Made by a program: the position numbers and the translations under genes. A stretch of DNA of 64,000 bases from Acidaminococcales bacterium. Lineage in GTDB: Bacteria; Bacillota; Negativicutes; Acidaminococcales; JAISLQ01. The stretch covers positions 1,514-65,513 of the forward strand of contig JAISLQ010000059.1 in assembly GCA_031290885.1 (NCBI GenBank). Direction: 5' to 3'. Below the pieces are notes generated by a model. The model made no database searches. It had not been told where the DNA came from and saw only the letters and a program-made list of their open reading frames with translations. Shown in pieces: positions 1 through 8,835 of the stretch; position 1 is the first letter of the stretch; each line of letters begins with the position of its first letter.

Positions 1-36
1 TTGGGTTTGGCTCATACATCGGTTTTAGAAAGCAAT

Positions 37-127
37 AAAATCCCCCGCGTATGCGGGGGAATCCGAAAAGCTGTCATAGAGGCAGACAGCAAGCGGCTAA
101 AATTTCCCGCATATGCAGGGGCGTCCT
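37..127 (+). CRISPR. possible leader-distal tail of a type I-E-like CRISPR array (only 2 repeat copies visible)
   Basis: A 29-nt repeat AAAATCCCCCGCGTATGCGGGGGAATCCG lies at 37-65, with palindromic core CCCCCGC/GCGGGGG. A degenerate copy AAAATTTCCCGCATATGCAGGGGCGTCCT lies at 99-127, with a 33-nt unique spacer between them. Repeat length, period and hairpin shape resemble type I-E repeats, and a degenerate last repeat is typical. No third repeat is visible in bases 1-36. Confidence 0.3.
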
Positions 128-209
128 TGTTTTATGGCATTTTTGCGCCCTATGCTAAAGCATAAGGCGCAGGGCAAGGCGCGAAAAAGGAAAACTATAA
201 GGGCAAAAC

Positions 210-239
210 AAAACCGCACTATTAAAAAAGTGCGGTTTT
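210..239 (-). terminator. rho-independent terminator downstream of tRNA-Ala (hairpin usable in both directions)
   Basis: AAAACCGCAC(210-219) and GTGCGGTTTT(230-239) form a 10-bp stem. T-runs follow on both strands (GTTTTG on the minus strand, ATCATTTTTTT on the plus strand). Confidence 0.5.
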
Positions 240-249
240 ATCATTTTTT

Positions 250-325
<76 letters not shown>

Positions 326-353
326 AAAGTCATCGTGAACCTTGACATTGTTA

Positions 354-384
354 ATTATAATGTATTTTTCTTGTTTTTGTCAAC
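354..384 (-). promoter_or_regulatory. sigma-A type promoter for tRNA-Ala
   Basis: On the minus strand, TTGACA (plus 379-384) is followed by an 18-nt spacer and TATAAT (plus 354-359), about 25 nt upstream of the mature tRNA 5' end. Confidence 0.5.
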
Positions 385-613
385 GCCCTTGTTTTTGCCG
401 ATTATAACTTGTAATATATAATTGCGGTTTGTATTGTCCCGAGATTAAAACACGGCGTAGATTTGCGAAATGATTTGCCGCCCCGCGCGGCGCAAAGCGC
501 CGGCGTATCCTTATTGGGCGAGGCTTCAGGGCAAAGCAAGGCGGCAAATTGGCCGCAAAGTAAAGATAATATGATTTTAATTCGGGAGCAGCATTAAAAA
601 AAGGAGAGATGTT

Positions 614-1387
614 ATGTCTGGCGGGACTGTATTGGTGGACAGAGAGGAAGTTTTAGGCATTATAACCATAAACAGGCCGGAAGCTTTGAACGCGCTCAAC
701 GGTGAAGTCATAAGCGGCATCAAGCGCGCTGTTCTGGAAATAGAAAGCGACCCTGCGATAAAAGTGATTATTATTACCGGCGCCGGCGAAAAAGCGTTTG
801 CAGCCGGCGCGGACATCGCGGAAATGGCAAAAAAAGGGGCGCAGGAAGCTAAGGAGTTTTCTTTGCGGGGACATGAATTGATGGATAAAATTGAAACAAG
901 CGAAAAACCGGTGATTGCCGCCATAAACGGCTTTGCTTTGGGCGGCGGTTGTGAATTGGCCATGGCTTGCGATATGCGCGTGGCGTCAGATAAAGCCAAG
1001 TTTGGGCAACCGGAAGTCAATTTGGGGATTATTCCGGCATTTGGCGGCACGCAGCGCTTGCTGCGCTTAGTGGGGAAGGGCATGACAAAAATGCTCATCA
1101 TGTCGGCGCGCATGATTGACGCGGCAACGGCTTTGCGCATAGGGCTTGTTGACATGGTAACGACGGAAAGCGAATTGATACCAAAGGTCAGGAAATTGGC
1201 TTTGGAGATAGCGGGCAAAAGCCAGAATGCCGTGAGGTTGGCCAAGCTGTCCATCAACGCGGGGCATGAAATGGGACTTAAGGCCGGCAACGATTTTGAG
1301 GCGGAGAATTTCAGCGAATGTTTCCGCAGCGCCGAGCAAAAAGAAGGCATGGCCGCTTTTTTGGAAAAGCGGCCGGCGAAGTTTTGA
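614..1387 (+). CDS. enoyl-CoA hydratase / crotonase family (short-chain, 3-hydroxybutyryl-CoA dehydratase-like)
   Basis: The 257-aa product has a typical crotonase fold signature: ITINRPEALNAL, GAGEKAFAAGADI, FALGGGCELAMACDMR and C-terminal EGMAAFLEKRPAKF. A strong SD (AAAGGAGAG) sits 6 nt upstream of the ATG. Confidence 0.9.
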   Translation: MSGGTVLVDREEVLGIITINRPEALNALNGEVISGIKRAVLEIESDPAIKVIIITGAGEKAFAAGADIAEMAKKGAQEAKEFSLRGHELMDKIETSEKPVIAAINGFALGGGCELAMACDMRVASDKAKFGQPEVNLGIIPAFGGTQRLLRLVGKGMTKMLIMSARMIDAATALRIGLVDMVTTESELIPKVRKLALEIAGKSQNAVRLAKLSINAGHEMGLKAGNDFEAENFSECFRSAEQKEGMAAFLEKRPAKF

Positions 1388-1644
1388 TGCCGACGTTGTT
1401 CCCCGGCTAAAGTCCGGACAAGGTTTGCGTGTCGGCTTGCCGCCTTGCGAAGCGCAAAAACAGGCGGAAGGGTTGCGGTCAAGAGCATGGCAAATAAACC
1501 GCAAATATGCCGCAGTTTTGGCCGGGGAACAGTATAATGGGGATTTGTAAGCGCGCCTTTGTTCCAATATGAATATATTCGTGCTATAATAATTTAAGAA
1601 AATCGTTCAGATACTTCCCTCGCGCCACGAGCGGGCGGACGGCG

Positions 1645-3027
1645 GTGTTCCGCCGTTCTTTCAAAAGCCCTCCGGGTTCGCGTTGCGGCGACAACAAGCG
1701 TTTGCAGGCGGTGATTTTTGTGAAGCCCCCTTATTTTATGCTGAACGCCTGGGATATCTGGCAAAAATGCGGCAACCTTCATGATCGCCAAGCTTGGAAG
1801 AATTTTTGGGCCGATATAGCGCTTTACGTCAAAACCAATCCCGGACAGGCAATTTTTTTTGAAGAACTCTTCAAAGAGGCGGGACTGAAAAAACAGGCGG
1901 CCGACTGTTTGAAAATTCCGTTGCCGATAGCTGCAAAAAAACTGCTCAGAGCGTCCGGCGCTTTTGGCCGGGAGCGCTGGGCTGAAGTCATAAATGAATG
2001 GGCCAAAATAAAGGCCGACCTGAAAACAAGAACCCAAGCGGCAATTTTGCAAAGCAACCGCCTCATCAAAGACTTTCTCCTCGCGGCGCTGGAGAAGGCG
2101 GACAATCCCCGGCTGCTTGCCGATAGCGCGGCGGGCGGGAGCGGGCTGCCCAAACGCTACCCCAAAAGCGACGTCATCCTGATGCTTTGCTTTATAGTGG
2201 CGGAATCGCTTTCCGCCGAGATAATAAAAGAGGGGTTTGATGGCCACATGGACAAAAGCATTTTTCAACTTGCCGACGATACCATGCCGGATGAAGCAGG
2301 CGGCACGCCCGTGGAAAGCGGCCGCTTCACGGCTGAAATTTTGCCGGACGCAAAAAATCCGCCGTCTTTTGCAAAGCTTTGCGAGGAATTTTTGCGCAGC
2401 ATAGACAGCCTTGACCCTTTGTCCTCCGATTGGTCTGAAACAGAAAGATATTTAAGCGAAGCGGCCTTGATCGCCAGCCAAAAAAGCGAGGAACAGGCGG
2501 CTATTTTGCGCCGGCGCGCGTTAATTGACGATTTTACCGGCAAGACAAGCCATATTTTAAATACCTTCTCCGAGCAGTTGCGCTATATAGGTTTTAACCT
2601 GCCGGCGGCGGAAACGGCGGGCAAGCTGCCGGACAGCGCCTTGGAAGCTTGCATAGATGCTTTGTCCGGCCTTACCGAAGCCCTCCATAGTTACAACGAC
2701 CTTTCGTCCGGGCGAAAAGGCGGTTTCAGCGAAGACAAAAAACGCGTAGGCCTTTTGTTATCGACCATGACCGATATCGAAAATGGCATGGAAGTGATCA
2801 GGCAAATCTTAAAGGTGGAGCTGTCCGCCGAAAACCAGGAAGCCGCCGGCGAACAGGATGAATGCACAGAGGCGAGAAAAATGCTGACAGCGCCGGTTCC
2901 GGATGGCCAAGACGCTTGCGGCGCTATTTTGCGGCAGCCGGACGCGGCGCGGGAGGAACCGGCTTTGTTGGCGCAGTCGGATGACAAAGACGCGCAAATG
3001 GAACTTTTCTCGGAAAAGAACGCTTGA
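1645..3027 (+). CDS. hypothetical protein, predicted mostly helical, no recognisable motif (start uncertain: GTG 1645 or ATG 1738)
   Basis: This is a long uninterrupted ORF with no competing credible ORF on the other strand. A TATAAT lies at 1585-1590 upstream. Its stop overlaps the next gene's start (TGATG at 3025-3029). Confidence 0.55.
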   Translation: MFRRSFKSPPGSRCGDNKRLQAVIFVKPPYFMLNAWDIWQKCGNLHDRQAWKNFWADIALYVKTNPGQAIFFEELFKEAGLKKQAADCLKIPLPIAAKKLLRASGAFGRERWAEVINEWAKIKADLKTRTQAAILQSNRLIKDFLLAALEKADNPRLLADSAAGGSGLPKRYPKSDVILMLCFIVAESLSAEIIKEGFDGHMDKSIFQLADDTMPDEAGGTPVESGRFTAEILPDAKNPPSFAKLCEEFLRSIDSLDPLSSDWSETERYLSEAALIASQKSEEQAAILRRRALIDDFTGKTSHILNTFSEQLRYIGFNLPAAETAGKLPDSALEACIDALSGLTEALHSYNDLSSGRKGGFSEDKKRVGLLLSTMTDIENGMEVIRQILKVELSAENQEAAGEQDECTEARKMLTAPVPDGQDACGAILRQPDAAREEPALLAQSDDKDAQMELFSEKNA

Positions 3028-3773
3028 TGCGGGACGTAATTATCCCCTGCGCCATTCGCAGCATACATGGTTTCTTGCATCCGGCGCGCGCGGCCGCAGG
3101 GCGGGACGCGTCATTGATTGTCAGCCACGGGTTCCGGGGGTCGCCGGACGGCGGCGGGCGGGCGCTGATACTGGCGCAAGCGGCGTCGGAACATCTTAAC
3201 GTGCTTAGATTCCCTTTCACGCCGCTCAGCGGCCTTTCCCGGCAAATAGAGGAACTCCTGGCGGTCATTGCTTACGCGCGCGGCGCGCTCGGCCCTGATG
3301 TAATATTGCTCGGCCGCAGCATGGGCGGCGCCGCTTCTTTGCTTGCCGCCGCGAAAGCGCGCGATGTGCGCGGCCTGATCCTCTGGTCGGTTCCTTTTGA
3401 CCTCGTCGGCGCGCTTGCTGCCGCACTGGGCAGAGAAAACATGGACAAACTGCGTTTGGGCCAACCGGCCGAACTGGACGACGAATGGGGGAAAGGCGTC
3501 CTGACGCCGGATTTTTATACGGATTTACTGTCTTACGACCTTTTCGGCGTATTCGCCGTTTTGCCGGACATGCCGCTTTTGTTCGTGCACGGCGAAAGGG
3601 ATGAACTCGCGCCGGCCGAAGATGCGCGGGATGCGTTTGCGCTGGCGCGCGGCGGCAAGAGGTTTCACCTTGTCAAGGGCGGCGACCATAGATTCATCGA
3701 GGGCTTCCCTGACTGCTTGGACGCGGTCATGGCCTGGCTTAAAGATAATTACGGGAGGGACGGCATTTGCTAA
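3027..3773 (+). CDS. alpha/beta-fold hydrolase
   Basis: The product has a nucleophile elbow GRSMGG, an acid motif in HGERDELAP and a C-terminal GGDHRF histidine. Its ATG overlaps the upstream stop by 1 nt. Confidence 0.8.
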   Translation: MRDVIIPCAIRSIHGFLHPARAAAGRDASLIVSHGFRGSPDGGGRALILAQAASEHLNVLRFPFTPLSGLSRQIEELLAVIAYARGALGPDVILLGRSMGGAASLLAAAKARDVRGLILWSVPFDLVGALAAALGRENMDKLRLGQPAELDDEWGKGVLTPDFYTDLLSYDLFGVFAVLPDMPLLFVHGERDELAPAEDARDAFALARGGKRFHLVKGGDHRFIEGFPDCLDAVMAWLKDNYGRDGIC

Positions 3774-4354
3774 AAAAAGCTTCCATCGCGATTTTTTTCC
3801 TGTCGGCTTTACTTTTCGGCACAGGCTGCGCGGCCGTAAAACCGGCGAACGAAGCGGCGGCAAGCCGCCCGGAACAGACCGGCGGCAACTTGGCGGTATT
3901 CGATACATCCAAAGGTGTTTTTAAAATTGAGCTTTTCACGCAGGAGGCACCGCTGACTGCCGGCAACTTCGCCGCTTTGGCCAAACGCGGGTTTTATGAC
4001 GGGCTTATTTTTCATCGGGTCATAGACGGCTTCATGATCCAAGGCGGCGACCCCAACGGCAACGGGACGGGCGGCCCCGGCTATGCGATCAAAGACGAAT
4101 TCTCGCCCCGCCTGAAACATGATAAACCGGGGACACTGTCCATGGCCAACGCCGGCCCTAATACCGGCGGTTCGCAGTTTTTCATCACCTTGGCCCCCGC
4201 CCCTTGGCTTGACGGCAAACACAGCGTTTTTGGGCAGGTAGTCGAGGGCATGGAAGTGGTGGCGGCGATTGGCAAGGTAAAAACAGGCTCGCAGGACAAA
4301 CCGCTGGAGGCCGTAGTCATTAAAAAAGTTACGATCGAGGAAGGAACGAAGTAA
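3767..4354 (+). CDS. cyclophilin-type peptidyl-prolyl cis-trans isomerase, probable secreted/lipoprotein form
   Basis: Motifs [15 protein letters not shown] and [17 protein letters not shown] are present. The N-terminal hydrophobic signal ends in GTGC. The start is TTG, with GGGAGGG 7 nt upstream. Confidence 0.9.
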   Translation: MLKKASIAIFFLSALLFGTGCAAVKPANEAAASRPEQTGGNLAVFDTSKGVFKIELFTQEAPLTAGNFAALAKRGFYDGLIFHRVIDGFMIQGGDPNGNGTGGPGYAIKDEFSPRLKHDKPGTLSMANAGPNTGGSQFFITLAPAPWLDGKHSVFGQVVEGMEVVAAIGKVKTGSQDKPLEAVVIKKVTIEEGTK

Positions 4355-4357
4355 GTT

Positions 4358-5335
4358 TTGAGCGATGCGGACAACGCACTCAAAGTGCTTTTGCGCGACC
4401 AGGCGGAAGCTCTCGGCATTTTTGGCCATAACGATGAATTTTTGCGGCTGATCGGGCAAGCCTTTTCCTGCCGGATACTCACCCGCGGCGAAGAAATACT
4501 CCTTGCCGGCGACGCCGGGGAAACCGCCAGCTTGAAAAGGTTGTTTGAGGAGCTTCTGTTTCTTTGCCGGCAGGGACATCCCCTGACGGCGCATGACGTG
4601 CGCTACGGCATCCGAATGGTCAAAGAAGGCTGCGCCGACAACCTGCACAAGATGTTTTCCGATACGGTAATCGTTACAAACAGAGGGCGGCACATCAAAG
4701 CGAAAACGCTCGGGCAGTGGATATATCTTGAGGCCATCAAGCGCAATTTTATAACGATCGGCATCGGCCCGGCCGGCACCGGCAAAACCTACCTGGCGGT
4801 CGCCATGGCGCTCGGAGCGCTGAAAAACAAAGACGCGGAACGGATCATCCTGACCAGGCCTGCGGTTGAGGCGGGAGAAAAACTCGGCTTTTTGCCGGGA
4901 GACATGCAGGAGAAAGTAGATCCCTATCTGCGCCCCCTGTACGATGCGCTTTATGAAATATCGGGCAGCGAATTGTTCCAAAAATACATGGGCAAGGGAC
5001 TGATCGAAGTAGCTCCGCTCGCTTATATGCGCGGGCGGACCTTAAACGACTCCTTCATCATATTGGACGAAGCGCAGAACGCCACGCCCGAGCAGATGAA
5101 GATGTTCCTCACCCGCCTGGGGTTCGGTTCCAAGATGGTGGTCGCCGGCGATGCCACTCAGACGGATTTGCCGCAAGGCAAGCAGTCTGGGCTGGCGCAC
5201 GCGGAAAAAGTATTGCAAGGGATAGACGGCATACAAATAGTGCGCTTTTCCAAAAAAGACGTGGTGCGGCACGAGATCGTCGGCATGATGATCAAAGCTT
5301 ACGAAAATTTTGACCAGCGCTGCAAGAATAAATAA
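4358..5335 (+). CDS. phoH: PhoH-like ATPase
   Basis: Walker A GPAGTGKTYLAVA and Walker B ILDEAQN are present, followed by a PhoH-family C-terminus. Its position upstream of ybeY-era is conserved. Confidence 0.9.
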   Translation: MSDADNALKVLLRDQAEALGIFGHNDEFLRLIGQAFSCRILTRGEEILLAGDAGETASLKRLFEELLFLCRQGHPLTAHDVRYGIRMVKEGCADNLHKMFSDTVIVTNRGRHIKAKTLGQWIYLEAIKRNFITIGIGPAGTGKTYLAVAMALGALKNKDAERIILTRPAVEAGEKLGFLPGDMQEKVDPYLRPLYDALYEISGSELFQKYMGKGLIEVAPLAYMRGRTLNDSFIILDEAQNATPEQMKMFLTRLGFGSKMVVAGDATQTDLPQGKQSGLAHAEKVLQGIDGIQIVRFSKKDVVRHEIVGMMIKAYENFDQRCKNK

Positions 5336-5336
5336 A

Positions 5337-5804
5337 ATGCGTATTTTTTTGAGCAGCGACATGGACGCCTGCCCGCCTGGCGGCGCAAAGACGCGTTTGA
5401 TCAAACGGGCGCTCGGCGCGGCCGCCGATTTGGAAAAGCTGAAAAAACGCGTCCAGGTGAGCGTAACTTTGGTGGACGATGCGAAAATGCGTTCAATCAA
5501 CCGGGAATTTCGCGGCGCCGACAAGGTAACCGATGTCATTTCCTTTGCCCTGAACGAAGGGGAAGAAACATGCGCCGCAGGCGGGCCGGAAAAAGACTTG
5601 TTGGGGGAGATTGTCATCTGCCTGCCGCAGGCCGCCCGCCAGGCGGAAGAATATGGGCACAGCTTGGAGCGCGAATTGAGCTATCTGGCGGCGCACGGCT
5701 TTTTGCATCTTTTGGGCTACGATCATATAACCGCGCAAGACAGGAAAGCCATGCGCGCGCAAGAGGAGAACATTATGGCGAAAATCGGGCTTGTAAGGCC
5801 GTGA
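5337..5804 (+). CDS. ybeY: rRNA maturation endoribonuclease YbeY
   Basis: The zinc-binding motif HGFLHLLGYDH is present. ATG 5337 is chosen over the in-frame TTG 5310, which overlaps phoH. Confidence 0.9.
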   Translation: MRIFLSSDMDACPPGGAKTRLIKRALGAAADLEKLKKRVQVSVTLVDDAKMRSINREFRGADKVTDVISFALNEGEETCAAGGPEKDLLGEIVICLPQAARQAEEYGHSLERELSYLAAHGFLHLLGYDHITAQDRKAMRAQEENIMAKIGLVRP

Positions 5805-5821
5805 AAACAGACGGCAAGGAT

Positions 5822-6727
5822 ATGGCGGGGGCAACCTTTAAATCCGGCTTTGTCGCGGTAGTCGGCCGGCCGAACGTTGGCAAGTCCACCTTGGTCAACC
5901 GGTTGGTCGGCGGGAAGGTATCCATTGTTTCCGACAAGCCTCAGACTACGCGCAACCGCATCATGTGCGTCCTGACGCAGGAATCCGCGCAAATGGTTTT
6001 CCTCGACACGCCGGGCATTCACAAGCCGCGGGGCAAATTGGGCGCGTTCATGCTCAAGGCGGCCGAAAGCGCCTTGGCCGAAGTGAACGTTATAATTTTC
6101 GTTGTGGACGCGTCCCGGAAAAAGGGCGGCGGCGACGAATACATCATGGCAAAACTCGCCCAAGCGGACGCGCCGGTAATACTGGCGGCCAACAAAATTG
6201 ACCTTTTGCCCGACAGTCGGGCCATCCTGCCGGCCATAAAAAGCTATGCGGACGATCTGCCGCTCAGCGCGGCCGTTCCGGTTTGCGCCCTGAAACAAAC
6301 AGACTTTGCGCCGCTTTTGACGGAAATAGGCAAACACCTGACTTGCGGGCCGAAATATTTCCCCGACGGCATGGTTACCGACCAGCCGGAACAAATGCTT
6401 GCGGCGGAGATGATCAGGGAGAAAATTCTCCGGGCGACGGCAGGCGAGGTGCCACATTCCATCGCCGTGAAAACAGACGAGATGAAACTGCGCGAAAATC
6501 AGGACATGTACATCAGGGCGACCATTTACGTTGAGCGCGCCTCACAAAAAGGAATAATCATCGGCGCGGGCGGGCGGCTCATAAAAGAGATCGGCCAGGC
6601 GGCGCGCGCCGATATACAGGCGCTGTTGGGCAACAGGGTGTATCTTGACCTGTGGGTAAAAGTGAAAGAAGGTTGGCGCGACCGCGATGGCGCGCTGCGC
6701 GAATTCGGCTTCGGACGGACATGCTGA
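5822..6727 (+). CDS. era: GTPase Era
   Basis: G1 GRPNVGKSTL, G3 DTPG and G4 NKID are present, followed by a C-terminal KH domain. The start is either ATG 5822 or GTG 5801 (a GTGA overlap with the ybeY stop). The 385-aa track ORF is an upstream extension. Confidence 0.9.
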   Translation: MAGATFKSGFVAVVGRPNVGKSTLVNRLVGGKVSIVSDKPQTTRNRIMCVLTQESAQMVFLDTPGIHKPRGKLGAFMLKAAESALAEVNVIIFVVDASRKKGGGDEYIMAKLAQADAPVILAANKIDLLPDSRAILPAIKSYADDLPLSAAVPVCALKQTDFAPLLTEIGKHLTCGPKYFPDGMVTDQPEQMLAAEMIREKILRATAGEVPHSIAVKTDEMKLRENQDMYIRATIYVERASQKGIIIGAGGRLIKEIGQAARADIQALLGNRVYLDLWVKVKEGWRDRDGALREFGFGRTC

Positions 6728-6882
6728 CAAGGCCGGCCCGCCGTTTGTCCCCGGCGGGCGGCGTCCTCCTTTTGCTGGCGCGCGGGGGGCGCAACGGTTA
6801 CATTGGTATCGTTACGGCGGCAAGCCGTGCGGGAAAAATCGTCGGCGATTTACGGGACGGATACAACCGGGAAGAAGGAACT

Positions 6883-7146
6883 ATGCTGAAAAAACCTGAC
6901 GGCAGCTTTGAGTTTGGCGGCACAATGCTGCCGGGCGCCGCAGAGAGAATGTTGGGCGCCGCCCTGCCCGGACAAGGGGCCGCCTTGGGCGGATGCATAT
7001 TCGGCCTGCCGGGGCGGCATCCGCAAACCGGCGGACGAGCCGGCGGCGGCCATGGTTTTGCAGCCGCAAGGTCAAAAGGCTTCCGTGTCGGGCGGGCAAA
7101 ACTGGCAAAGAAACGCGGCGCGGAAAACGGCAATGACGGACAATAA
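6883..7146 (+). CDS. small Gly/Ala-rich basic-tailed hypothetical protein (87 aa)
   Basis: The ATG is preceded by GGAAGAAGGAA at good spacing. The ORF fills the long era-recO spacer and overlaps the recO start by 14 nt. Its low-complexity composition means it could be a chance ORF in GC-rich DNA. Confidence 0.3.
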   Translation: MLKKPDGSFEFGGTMLPGAAERMLGAALPGQGAALGGCIFGLPGRHPQTGGRAGGGHGFAAARSKGFRVGRAKLAKKRGAENGNDGQ

Positions 7147-7867
7147 CCTTTATCAGGACGATATTATCATTCTCAGGGCGAGGGACTGGCAAACTTATGA
7201 CAAGATCGCGGACGCCTTTTCCCGCAGCCACGGCCGCATCTTATTTATCGCCTACGGCGCGCGGCATATAAAGAACCGCAACAGCGCCCTGATGCAAAGC
7301 CTTGCCCACGCCAGCGCGCAATTGGCGCCCGGGCAGAAATTCGACACATTGCGGCAATGCGAACTGCTCGAACCCTTGCTGGCTTCGCCGGAAATCGCGA
7401 AATTCGCCTATGCTTCTTTCGCCGCCGAGCTTACCATAGAGGCGACGCCGGAGCGCGAGCCGCAGGAAGAAATATACCATCTCTTGCGCGGCGCCCTGCA
7501 AGCCATGAACAAGCGCAATCCGCGCCTGGTCATACTGGCTTTTGTCATGAAACTCTTTTCCCTGTGCGGCATATCGCCCAGTTTCGACAACTGCGTGTGC
7601 TGCGGCAAAGCGATCGAGGGCAGCGCATGGGCCAGCGCCGTGCAAGGCGGCTGCGTCTGCGGCGATTGCCGGACGGGGGCGGAAGCCGATTTTTCGCAAA
7701 GCGCCCGCGCGCTGAGCGCCGCCCTGCGCAATGTCGACTTGGCCGCCGCCGGCGGCTTTACGGCCAAGGGGCACGATTTGCGCGCGCTGGAAGATTTTTT
7801 ATATAAATTTGTTCTCGCGCAAATTGAAAAGCCGCTGAAAAGCCTGCAATTTTTAAGCAAGCTGTAG
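7133..7867 (+). CDS. recO: DNA repair protein RecO
   Basis: An N-terminal OB-fold-like region (IILRARDWQTYDK) and a Cys4 zinc motif (CVCCG...CVCGDC) are present. Position after era is conserved. The start is taken at MTDNNLYQDD. Confidence 0.85.
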   Translation: MTDNNLYQDDIIILRARDWQTYDKIADAFSRSHGRILFIAYGARHIKNRNSALMQSLAHASAQLAPGQKFDTLRQCELLEPLLASPEIAKFAYASFAAELTIEATPEREPQEEIYHLLRGALQAMNKRNPRLVILAFVMKLFSLCGISPSFDNCVCCGKAIEGSAWASAVQGGCVCGDCRTGAEADFSQSARALSAALRNVDLAAAGGFTAKGHDLRALEDFLYKFVLAQIEKPLKSLQFLSKL

Positions 7868-7950
7868 CGCCCGGTTTTTCGTGAAACTGGCTGCGGGCGA
7901 CACGCCCAAAGCGTTATTGGCTGTTTCCTGAATACTTAAGGAGTGAAAGC

Positions 7951-8835
7951 ATGGATTTACAAACAATGATCTTGCATTTGCAAAATTTCTGGTCGCGGCA
8001 AAATTGCGTGCTTGGCCAGCCCTATGATGTGGAAAAAGGCGCCGGCACCATGAACCCGGCTACCTTTTTGCGCGCCTTGGGGCCGGAACCCTGGAACACC
8101 GCTTATGTGGAACCGTCCCGCCGGCCGGCCGACGGACGTTACGGCGACAATCCCAACAGGCTTTTCCAGCACCATCAATATCAGGTAATCATGAAACCTT
8201 CCCCGCTTGACATCCAGCAATTGTACCTGTCCAGCTTGGAAGAGCTGGGGATCGCGGCCAAAGATCATGACATCAGGTTTGTTGAAGATAACTGGGAAGC
8301 GCCGACGCTGGGGGCTTGGGGGCTTGGCTGGGAAGTCTGGCTCGATGGCATGGAAATAACCCAGTTTACTTATTTTCAGCAGGTCGGCGGCCTTGACGTC
8401 AAGCCGGTTACGGTTGAAATTACCTACGGGCTGGAGCGGCTGGCCATGTACATACAGGGCAAAGACAACGTCTATGACTTGCAATGGGTTGGCGGCGTAA
8501 CTTACGGCGATATTTTCCGGCAGAACGAATACGAGCAGTCGTTATATAATTTCGAGCGCTCGAACGCCGCGCTCTTATTTAAACTTTTTGACTGCTATGA
8601 GGAGGAAGCCGTCCGCATCATAGCGGAAGGGCTGGTTTTGCCCGGTTATGATTATGCGCTCAAATGTTCCCATGTTTTCAATCTGCTGGCCGCGCGGGGG
8701 GCGATCGGCATAAGCGAGCGCACGGCCTTCATCGGGCGGGTGCGCAATCTGGCGCGCGCGGCGGCGGCGGCTTATTTGCGGGAACGCGAGAGACTGGGGT
8801 TCCCGCTCTTAAAAGGAGGCCGCCAAAGTGAATAA
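7951..8835 (+). CDS. glyQ: glycine--tRNA ligase alpha subunit
   Basis: A highly conserved GlyQ sequence ([40 protein letters not shown]) is present. SD AAGGAG lies upstream. Confidence 0.95.
   Translation: MDLQTMILHLQNFWSRQNCVLGQPYDVEKGAGTMNPATFLRALGPEPWNTAYVEPSRRPADGRYGDNPNRLFQHHQYQVIMKPSPLDIQQLYLSSLEELGIAAKDHDIRFVEDNWEAPTLGAWGLGWEVWLDGMEITQFTYFQQVGGLDVKPVTVEITYGLERLAMYIQGKDNVYDLQWVGGVTYGDIFRQNEYEQSLYNFERSNAALLFKLFDCYEEEAVRIIAEGLVLPGYDYALKCSHVFNLLAARGAIGISERTAFIGRVRNLARAAAAAYLRERERLGFPLLKGGRQSE

Noticed and set aside
577-1488. 303-aa ORF antisense to the crotonase gene. Similar long antisense ORFs lie at 3809-4981, 15629-16852, 41973-43139, 43257-44336, 49985-51364, 51526-53019, 60057-60857, 61236-62105 and 62136-53053-type shadows.
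   Set aside because: These are shadow ORFs typical of GC-rich DNA. Their products are low-complexity, Arg/Ala/Gly/Pro-rich and motif-free. The opposite strand encodes clearly recognisable conserved proteins in each case.
5570-5821. Long 5' extensions of the era ORF (385 aa) and likewise of recO (6908-7132), gcvPA (58789-58809), cbiO (53852-53899), rarD (55674-55796) and cysE (28979-29053).
   Set aside because: These extensions overlap upstream genes, have Arg-rich junk composition, and are followed by internal starts with proper SD and family-typical N-termini.
7868-7950. Expected T-box leader upstream of glyQS.
   Set aside because: Only 83 nt separate recO and glyQ. That is too short for a T-box, and no specifier, T-box or antiterminator sequence is visible.
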